Of a stretch of DNA of 64,000 nt, positions 52,782-64,000 are shown piece by piece. Both the position numbers and the translations under genes were made by a program. The notes beneath the pieces were generated by a model. That model saw only the letters and a program-made list of their open reading frames with translations. It ran no database searches and was not told where the DNA came from. This DNA is from the human T2T-CHM13v2.0 reference genome, Homo sapiens, in NCBI RefSeq assembly GCF_009914755.1, contig NC_060930.1, one strand, 5' to 3'. Each line of letters opens with the position of its first letter. The first letter of the stretch is position 1.

Positions 52782-54636
52782 GTGAAAATAAATAAATGAG
52801 TAAAACGGCTTTATAGGCTTCATCTTACAGACATTTAGCCCTTGCTTTTTCTACTAAGGCCAATAATGAAATATAGCTCCAATCGTCTATATATAAACAC
52901 ACAGACACACATTAGACCTCAAAGAATTGAATTTATTTTTATGGGTTAAAGCATTTGAATGTTATCTGAGACAGGATTAAAGGCAAAGTGTTCCTGACTC
53001 TTCCTAACGGAAATAGGATCATCGCTGGCCCTGGGCCTGGTGGTTGAGTCCTCAGCTAGAATCATATACTGTATTCAAAAAAAAGACAGTTGAGCTCAGA
53101 AGCGTGTCCCAGGGTAAAATTGCTGCCCTAGCGGCTGTGCAAATTCTCAGGAAGCTAGATCAGAATTTCCAAGAGGCAGCTGGTCACGGCCATTCCTTCA
53201 GCTATCCTGGAAAGGGCAGGATTCTTGACCATGCTGGAGGCCCAGATGCCAAATAGGACCCAGTGTTCATGCTCACATAACCGCAGGCCCTGACTCATGA
53301 ATTTTTGTTTCTGGCATCTATGTTGATATAGATACTCTATTAGAATAACTCTGGGCTCTTCTGTTGTAAAACAAAGCTTGATATGAAGCGCCAGAGAAGG
53401 CCAAAGACATATTTATTTCCCTCGATCACTAAGACAAATGTCACCTCAGAAAAACCAGATGTTAATGAGCAGGGGAAACAACAGTATTATTTCATCCTTC
53501 CGCTGGCATGGCCTAGAGTTTGGCTGGTCTCTGATCCTGCCTCAGCAAATATGATGCACTTGACATTCATAGCAGTTTCTTGGATGAGGCGATTGGCGCC
53601 TGAGTGTTTACATGATTCCAGCTGATTCTCTTTCCTGCCACCCTCTAGGGGCTGAGCCAGCCATGGATGGGATTAGCCAGCCCCTCATTCCAAAGAGTAG
53701 TGCCCCCAATCTGTGCTGGTGCTCTGACATGAACACTCTTTCCTCTTCCTAAGAAACATTCGCCAAAGAAAATAAGGTACTTGGAATGAACACACAATTA
53801 AATATGGAAGGTGAGAGAAAGGAGAAATGGACACCTACCAAGTCCTAGCTCTTAAAGGAGAATATAATGCTCAAGACCAACACCTCTCCTTGAAGGATAA
53901 TCTGGGCACATTAGACAGGTAGACTCTCCCTGTCTCATAGCTCTCCCTGCATGAGGTCAGCCAAGCTAAAAGGACTTCCTATTCCCCTAAGAACAACAGA
54001 GAGAAGGGAAGCTGCAGGTTAAGTGGCGTTAGCCTTACTTCTAGTAGCTAACCTGGGTGTGGGGTGTCTCTCCCTGTGCTGAGGGAGTGAAGGGAACCAA
54101 GAAGAGAAACTTGGATGACCCAGAAAAGGGAATGAGGTCAGACTATAGTTGGACCTCAATAGGACCCTCAGCAAGTAATGCCCTGCCAAACACTTTACAT
54201 GGCTGATCTCCTTTAATACTCAGACAATTCCATGTGATATTATCATCCCAATTTTGCAAATGAAAAAATTAAAATTTTACATTGTTGAGTGTTGTATTCA
54301 GCATCTCACATTAAGTAGCCAAGTCTCATTTGAATCCAGGCCTGTCTGCCTCTAAGCCTCACACACTGCCCTGTAGCCCAGCAAGAGATCTAGGTTTCCT
54401 GCTTAATTTACCGCTTTTGTCTTTGTCCTTCAAAGGAGGCAAATAAATATTCTTGAATGAAGTGTTAGCTCCCTTAGGGAACCAGGAATGGAGAATGAGA
54501 AGGATAAGGAAATAATTTTGATCTATTAAATAATGATTAAGTGCAACAAAGCTAAACTTGATGGTAGAATTTGATCCGATTTTCTGTTGCAACCAACATT
54601 TGTGTTCTTGAAGGAGGACACAGGCTTCGATGCTCA

Positions 54637-55296
<660 letters not shown>

Positions 55297-55603
55297 GCTC
55301 ACTCTTATTTTTCACAATATGAGGATATAGCCCAGAGCTACTTTTATCAACTTTCCTCCCTAAAACCTTAGCTGTAGCTCCTCAACAAATAAAAGGTATA
55401 TTTACAATAGAATAGTTCTTCATGCTAGACACAATATTATAGTTTTTACTAAATCTATAGATTATCTCTAACACCAACTACGCTCTACAAATAGCACTTA
55501 TCACAGGATTTTAAGCAGAATATGTGACCCATTTTAACAAACTTGGAATAGAAGACTTTTTTTGCTGAGATGGTTCTATCAAAGGAAGCCAACATCACAT
55601 TCA

Positions 55604-56116
<513 letters not shown>

Positions 56117-57337
56117 TCACACCCCTTCCTGGCATTTTATTTTACCTTGGGACCAGAGGGAGAGTGAGTCAGTCCTGTTTCGACTGTGGGAACAGCAAGA
56201 TGTAAAAACTGGGCCAGTCTGTAGTGACAATGGGGTCCTCAGGTGGAGAAAAGCAAAACAAAGCTTTTCCTTATGACGTTCATCTCTCATTAAAGTCTTT
56301 CCTTGATAGAGCCGCATCCTTACCCTTCTTGGTATCTGGTTGTTTGTTCAACCCCTCCTTTGATTATATAAGAAAATCCAGTATCCTATTAAATCCCTTC
56401 ATATGCTTAAGCTAATTTGAGTTGATCTTTTATCACATTCAAAGAAAAAAAAAGCAACTCATGATTAATGCACCATTGAACTGAAAATATATGAACTATT
56501 TGTCTCAAGGAATTTCAGGGCTATGTCAGGATTTTTCGTTCTTGATATAAGGAGGCCAAATCCTTTGATAGAGCTGCCAAATGATCCCTACCTTAAAAGG
56601 GCTCTGCAAGATCTGAGGGAGATGAAAGCAGTCAGAGGATAGCCCTGTTGTGGATCAGACATTTACATAAAAGGAAAGCACCCAGCACATCTGCATAGGA
56701 GCACACTGCCTGGCTGAGGACAGATGCTAATAAGAATCTCATACCCTGCCCCTGGGCTTGCTGAGCTACCCATAAAGGGGATGCACTAATGTGCCCATGA
56801 GACCTGAGCCTTTGAATATCGAGATAGAATCTTCAAGATAGTATTCAGTAGAGAGGTCGTATATGAGCCAATCACATACAAGTCATGTCAGTGATTCACA
56901 ATAACTTTTAGACAATTCAAGAATGCCATTTACATGAGTGAATCCCACCAGTAATTTTTTTCCTAGACAGAAGCTTCAAACACCAGGCTGTCACATTCAA
57001 AACATTCTATGGCCCAATTCCTATGAAGCCTTCACAAGCTCCTTAGAATCAGGTGCCTCTGCAGGGGAAGCAAGCAGGCAAGGGAGAAGGGGAAGGGGCA
57101 GGGGAGGGGGCCAGGAGGAGAGCCTGCTCGCTGGTTCCAGCTCCACGCAATGAAAGTGACCTTAGCTCCCTAGGTCAACATCTGCGGGTGCCAGTCCTGC
57201 CCCCTGAAGCCTGATATTCTGAAAGGAGGAGCCACACCCTACCTGGCAAGAGAAGAGGAGGAAGACCAGTTCTAGAGAAAACCTTTAACTTGATGGCATG
57301 TTCCATCCCCCATTCAGCACCACTTCCCAGGTCCTCC

Positions 57338-58038
<701 letters not shown>

Positions 58039-58069
58039 TGAACCAGTTCTTATTAGAAAAGATGATAGT

Positions 58070-58349
58070 GACCGGGTGCGGTGGCTCACATCTGTAATCC
58101 CAGCACTCTGGGAGGCTGAGGCAGGCGGATCACCTGAGGTCGGGAGTCCGAGACCAGCCTGACCAACGTGGAGAAATCCCGGCTCTACTGAAAATACAAA
58201 ATTAGCCAGGCGTGGTGACACGTGCTTGTAATCCCAGCTACTCGGGAGGCTGAGGCACGAGAATCGATTGAACCCAGGAAGCGGAGGCTGCAGTGAGCTG
58301 ATATCTGCCACTGCACTCCAGCCTAGGCAACAAGAGCAAAACTCCATCT

Positions 58350-58382
<33 letters not shown>

Positions 58383-58590
58383 GCCAGCGGGGTGGCTTAC
58401 GCCTGTAATTCCAGCACTTTGGGAGGCCAAGGCGGGCAGATCATGAGGTCAGGAGACCAAGACCATCCTGGCCAACATGGTGAAACCTCATCTCTACTAA
58501 AAATACAAAAATTACCTGGGCGTAGTAGCGCATGCCGGTAATCCCACCTACTCAGGTGGCCGAGGCAAAAAAAAAAAAAAAAAAAAAAAA
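58070..58590 (+). mobile_element. Alu (AluSp-like, 58070-58381) followed by a 3'-truncated Alu (58383-58590)
   Basis: gaccaacgtggagaaa diagnostic; the second Alu is A-tailed in the middle of its right arm. Confidence 0.88.
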
Positions 58591-59079
58591 GGATGATACC
58601 ACCATTTCCCCAAAACATTTCCATTTTTAAAGAGGATCCTTAAAAACAAATCCTCAGTTGGTAGAATGTCCTATATGGGGGGAATATTTGAGGACTAGAC
58701 ACAGCTTCCCTTCTGAACAAGAAGAAACATTCACCCTGGGATTCTCCAGGTTAGGATTTGGGTGCCTTTAGAGGGACTTCAGAGCAAGAACTCAGTTCCC
58801 CCGAGAGCTCCTGCCACCAACCCACCCAACTGATTCCCATCAGGCAAGATCATGTCAAAAATGCTTTCCTCATCTTGGCTGTATATATTCCCCCACCATC
58901 TTCCTAGCCCTGCATCCCAATCACACAAAGCCATGAGAGCTAAAACAGACCTTAGAGATCCCCTCACTCAAAGTCCTCAGTATACAGGTAAGGAAACAAA
59001 GTCCCAGATAAGCATTGAGGCCATGTAGTTCACAGGACTGAGATGAGAACCATGATCTCTTCCACTCCAGATACAGTAA

Positions 59080-59251
59080 CTTAGCTGGGCATGGTGTCAT
59101 GTGCTTGTAATTCCAGCTACTCAGGAGGCTGAGGCATGAGAATCGCTTGAACCCAGGAGGCAGAAGCTGCAGTGAATCGAGATCGTGCTACTGCACTCCA
59201 TCCTGGGTGACAGGGAGAGAATCTGCCTCAAAAAGAGAAAGAAAGAAAGAA
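59080..59251 (+). mobile_element. Alu right arm (5'-truncated), inside a MIR
   Basis: TSD atacagtaact. Confidence 0.88.
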
Positions 59252-60248
59252 ATACAGTAACTGACACTTGTTGGTTGCTCACCATGTGCCAGGCACTGTG
59301 CTTAGTGCTTTGGATACATTAGCTCATTCAGTTCCCTCTGAGATATGCAAACCCTTCGTTAAATTCACAAACATATGCAAGAATGTACAAGAATAGTCCA
59401 CTACCAAAAAAGAAAAAAGATGGCAAGAAGATGATGCAAAACATTTCTTTTCCGATTGAGAACCTTTCAGCTTGTCGGCTAAGATGCATCTGAGTGATCC
59501 TTCTCTTTCTGGTCTCATCCTCTGGCCCCCTCACTCAGGATCCTTCTGGCCCTTTCTCCCCTATGTTCTCCCCCCATGGGAGTTGGTTGCCCCTTGTAGA
59601 CAGGAGGGGCACCGTGAGATCCTCAGTGTTCTGAGTGTCAGTTCTGTATGTCCTGAGAAGGCCTTGCCAAGCCTTTATTGGGTCCAAGAAGAAGCATCCC
59701 CAGCATGGAGCATCTACAGGAAAAAACCTCCTCTTGCTAACATAACCACCGTTCACAGCAAAACTTCAATCGGTTATCCAAACAAAGCTTTGGTCTTTTC
59801 TCTGTCTTCTTGTGCACCCATTCAGCACCTAGACTGAAGATGGTCAAGGAGAGGGGAGAAGAATTGGGAGGGCAAAAGAAAACCCCGTTCTGCCACAGAG
59901 AGGTGCTCCTCTGAAGTGGAGTGAGGTTAAGTAACTTGACCAAAGAACTAAGGAACCAAAGGGCCAGCTTCAAACCGGGCTCTGTTTTTGTCTGCTATGT
60001 CTCATCTGCTCAGGGAGTTGAACTGTAACAGTCCAGAGAGTTTGGCCCTAGGCCTCTGCTTCCTTAGCTATCTTCTAGTGACCAGGGAAACCATCTCAGC
60101 CTCAGCCACGCCCTTGTCAGGACCCCTCTAAGAATTGGGGTTAATTTTGGAAGTAGGGTGAGCTCAGAGCAGCTGGAAAGTTGACAGTGCTCATGTCTTT
60201 CACTACCTCTTTGTGTTCCTGTCCTCATTCCTCCATCTTTATCATTCA

Positions 60249-60530
60249 TTTTTTGAGACAGGGTCTCACTGTCTTGCCCAGGCTGGAGTGCAGTGGTGTG
60301 ATATTAGCTCACTGAAACCTCTGCCTCCTGGGTTCAAGTGATTCTCATGCCTCAACTTCCCCAGTAGCTGGGATTACAGGTGCACACTACCAGGCTAATT
60401 TTTGTATTTTTAGTAGAGAAGGGTGTTGACATCTTGGCTAGGCTGGTATTGAACTCCTGACCTCAACTGATCCACCCGCCTCAGCCTCCCAAAGTGCTGG
60501 GATTACAGGCATGAGCGACCATGCCTGGCC
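60249..60530 (-). mobile_element. Alu (AluS-type)
   Basis: Alu dimer. Confidence 0.9.
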
Positions 60531-61264
60531 TGGTCTTTATCAATTATAACTCAGACCACATAGTTGCGTGGCCTCCATTTCCCAGTTCATGCTGACCTGG
60601 AGGCATAAAGAAGCCACACTGATGATCGTGATTCTGCAGTCGCTTCCCTCTGGGGCCTCCTGCTCCCCTTTCCCACATCAAGCCTCCACCCTAGGGTATT
60701 TCACCAGCACTTATTCACATCCACACTCTACTGACCCTGCTTGCATGAGAAATGAGGGGACTGAGCTTCTTGCTGTGGCTCCCACCACGTACCAACCTGC
60801 CAGGCAGACACTGCCTCTGGTCAGTACTCCCAAAAGGACACACCATGGGTGCCTCTGAAGTGGGGAGAACCTCCTTCAATACCTTATGCAGAAACCTGTA
60901 GATACACCAGATATCTGGGTCTGATCCCTGAAGACCTTTATTCTTGGACATGTTGACGTAAGCCACATGCCTGTGCCCCTTCTTCCCTTTGTTCCTTCTT
61001 GATGAATGAAAAAAAAGATGGTGGCTAGAACTGGAGCAACCAACATAGACTACAGGTGACCTTGGAGAAAGAGGCCACGGGCTGCTGATTAACAAGCTAG
61101 AATGAGCATTTGATGACTACATCAACTGGATTTGCTTCCAGACTCTCATATGAGAGAGAAACAAACTTCTATCTCCTTTGACACACTGCTGTTTTGGGAT
61201 TTCTGTACATCATGGTTGAACCTAATCCTACTAACATCCTTTAGTTCTGTTTGTACTTAATGTG

Positions 61265-61690
61265 CTCAGTTAAGCATGTTTAGTTGCAAGTAACAGAATA
61301 CCAGGCCAGTGGAGATTTGAGCCATAAGACGTTTCATTGTCCTCCATTATAAGATGTCTTGAGGTAGGGAGTTTCAGAATGTGTTCCATGGTTCAGCAGC
61401 ACCAGGACACAAGGACAGCACCTCTGGGGTTCTCCAGAACTGCCACTCCTGGTCACAATCTGGCTGCAGCAGCACACTCTCACACAACAGCATCCAGAGC
61501 AGGAACGAACTCTGTTATTAGTAAGAAAATCTTTCCCATCAGTCTCTGAGCAGGTTTCCCCTTACAACTCACTACCCACCCCTAGTCCAGTCACTGCCAA
61601 TGGAGAGCAGGATTGCCCAAACTGGTGAAGCCCATAGTAATTTATCCCCTCTTTGGTGAGGCACATCGTCATTCAATCAAAACCACCGCT
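61265..61690 (-). mobile_element. Old MLT1-type MaLR LTR
   Basis: cagttaagcatgtttagttgcaagtaacagaa...tggctgcagcagc. Confidence 0.55.
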
Positions 61691-62704
61691 CCATTAGCAA
61701 ACAAGCAGAAAGAATAGTTGGGAAGTGGGCATGGGGGTGGGCAACCAGCGTGTCTGCCTCACAAATCAAAACACTCGCTCTGCAGGGATAAAGGCATTTG
61801 GGTCCTTTATTTGATTTTGTTCTCTATTTGGGTTGACATGGTTCTAAAAGTCCAAAACTAATTCATTCACTTAAGACATGTAGCTTTTCTACTTAAAATA
61901 GACTACCTGATTATTCGGAGCTAAGGAAGAACTAAGTGGGAACAATATTTAACCAATCTAACAATTAGGAAAGATGATTTTATCTTTTATGCTCTCGGAG
62001 AGAAACAAGAGTTGCTTATTTTAAGAAACACCCATCTCAGAGGCTCTGGAGCCATTCTCTCCCAGCCTGCCTCCCTGGATTGTTGGTTCTATTCTTGAAT
62101 CTTGTGTCTGCTCTTTCTCCATGGAGCTCGCTGGATCTCCTTCCTCATGCAATTCCCTCCCTTTTCTTCCAGGCTGGCCCTGTGCCTCCTCTTTTGTTAT
62201 TGTTCCTTTTCTCTTTATTTGTTTTGTCTTTCTTGCCCCTTTCCTCCTCCCCCTGCCTTTCAACCACTCCTAATGTTGAAGCATTCCTGCTAGAATCTGC
62301 TCTTTCATTAGATTTGTTTCCATGTTTATTTTTGTCACTTTTAAAAGCAGGTGAGTTAAATGTTTGTACACTGCCTTCATAGAAAAAGCTTTTACAAAAT
62401 TAAACTAAACTAAATGACACACACACAAAAACAACCTTCCCCATTTCTGTCATGTGACTGATTAATTGCACTCAGTATTTGGTCTTGTGATGGAAAGGAC
62501 TAGCAAAATGCAATATCCTATCAGGCTCTCTTCTTTGATTTGATCTAATTAATTCAGCCAAGCTCTGGCAGACAGTGCAAAGCCATATGGGCTGTCATGA
62601 AGCCCAGCAAATATTCATGTAGCTGGAACCTCTCAGGTACTTGGCTATCGACACAGAGATCTGGCTTGGACCCAGCACTGAGCTGGAGTGTCCTGCATGG
62701 GGGC

Positions 62705-63082
62705 TGCTGTGGACTGAATTGCATTTGTCCAAAATCCATATGTTGAAGCCCTAACCCTCAATGTGACTATATTTGGAGATAGGGTTTTTAGGAGATAATT
62801 AAGGTTAAATGATGTCATCAGGGTGGGGCTGTAATTTGGTAGTACTGTGGCCTTATAAAAAGAGGAAGAAAAAGATCTCTCTCTCTCTCCTCTGCCATGT
62901 GAGAGCACCACAAGAAGGTAGCCATCTGCAAGCCAGCAAAAAGAGCCCTCAAAAGAGACTGAATCTGCTGGCACCTTGATCTTGGACTTCTCAGCCCCCA
63001 TAATAGTGTGGAAATTAGTTTCTATTGGCTAAGTCATGCAGCCTATGGTATTTTGTTATTGCTGACCAAGCTGACTCATACA
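62705..63082 (+). mobile_element. MLT1A-like MaLR solo LTR
   Basis: tgctgtggactgaat...catatgttgaagccctaacc...gctgactcataca. Confidence 0.88.
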
Positions 63083-63260
63083 GGGCATGATGTGAGCACA
63101 AAGTGATGACTAAAACAACATGGAACAATTCCCTACCCAGCCTCCTCCCAGCTTTTGTAGTTGAAGCTCCATCCACCTAAGTGGACTCAGCTTGTTCATC
63201 TGTGAATCAATAGAGTAAACTCTGGCTTCTGGGTGGGGTGGTGGTGGGGATGGGGAGTAT

Positions 63261-64000
63261 AGTCACCTGGTGGGTTCATCTTGTCCACTGCACAGACAAA
63301 ACCAATTCACTGAGACACGGGCATTGCTGTAGAGAAAGAGCTTAATTATCGCAAGGCTAAACAAGTTTCTACTTGTTTAGATGGGAGTAATTAGTCAAAC
63401 CACCCTCCCTGAAATCTTGGAGGCTAGAGTTTTACAAGGATAGTTTGGTAGGCAGGGGGCTACGGCATGGTGAGCGCTGATTGGTTGGGGATGCAATCAT
63501 AGGGTGTGAAAAACAGTCCTTGGGCAGAGTCAGCCTCTGGGTGGAAGCCACGGGAATAGCAGTTGACTCATGAGTCATGAGTCCAGGTAGTCAGTCAGTC
63601 ACCAGAATGCAAAAGTCTGAAAAACATCTGAAAAGACCAATCTTAGGTTCTACAAGAGCAATGTTATCTATAGGGTCAATTAGGGAAGTTATGAATCTTG
63701 TGACCACCCCTACACAACTGCTGAACAGTAAACAATGACTAGTTACCATTCAGCTATGCATAGATCTTAACAGAAATTAGGCCTCTATCATAATCCTAAT
63801 CTCATGGCCTTTCATTAGTTTTACAAAGGCAGTTTCAGTCCCTAAACAAGGAGGGAGTCAGTATTAGGGAGGGACTATTATCCTCCTTGCTTCAAAGTTA
63901 AACTATAAACTAAATTCCTCCCATGGTTAACTTGGCCTATGCCCAGGAATGAGCAGAGAGCCAGACTGTGAGGCTAGATGCAAGATGGAGTCAGTTAGGT
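63261..64000 (-). mobile_element. ERV1 LTR8-family (LTR8A/B-like) LTR, runs off the window end
   Basis: Reverse complement reads acctaactgactccatcttgc...cattcctgggcataggcc...gggaggaatttagtttatagttt. Confidence 0.82.

Overview
Human (primate) genomic DNA. It contains the 3' part of STMND1 (stathmin domain containing 1, recognised from the protein sequence; chr6p22 from memory) on the + strand: three coding exons (4245-4396, 12739-12870, 14221-14508) and a 3' UTR with AATAAA at 14987. The ~49 kb downstream shows no further recognisable gene. It is repeat-dense: about 40 Alus, two long old primate L1s, truncated L1s, L2, MIR, MER5/MER1 DNA-transposon fossils and MaLR/ERV1 solo LTRs. Nearly all ORFs in the supplied track are Alu/L1 artefacts. 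I see no evidence for a wholly new multi-gene system. Best observations: (1) STMND1 needs a non-canonical GC donor; (2) an old direct duplication places a copy of the poly(A)-signal region inside the last intron; (3) a ~94% identical 227-bp local duplication sits next to a head-to-head Alu pair; (4) a near-consensus AluYa5; (5) an AT-rich cruciform; (6) candidate RFX, CTCF and AP-1 sites; (7) several templated-insertion or deletion scars. Repeat subfamily calls are by eye and their boundaries are approximate.
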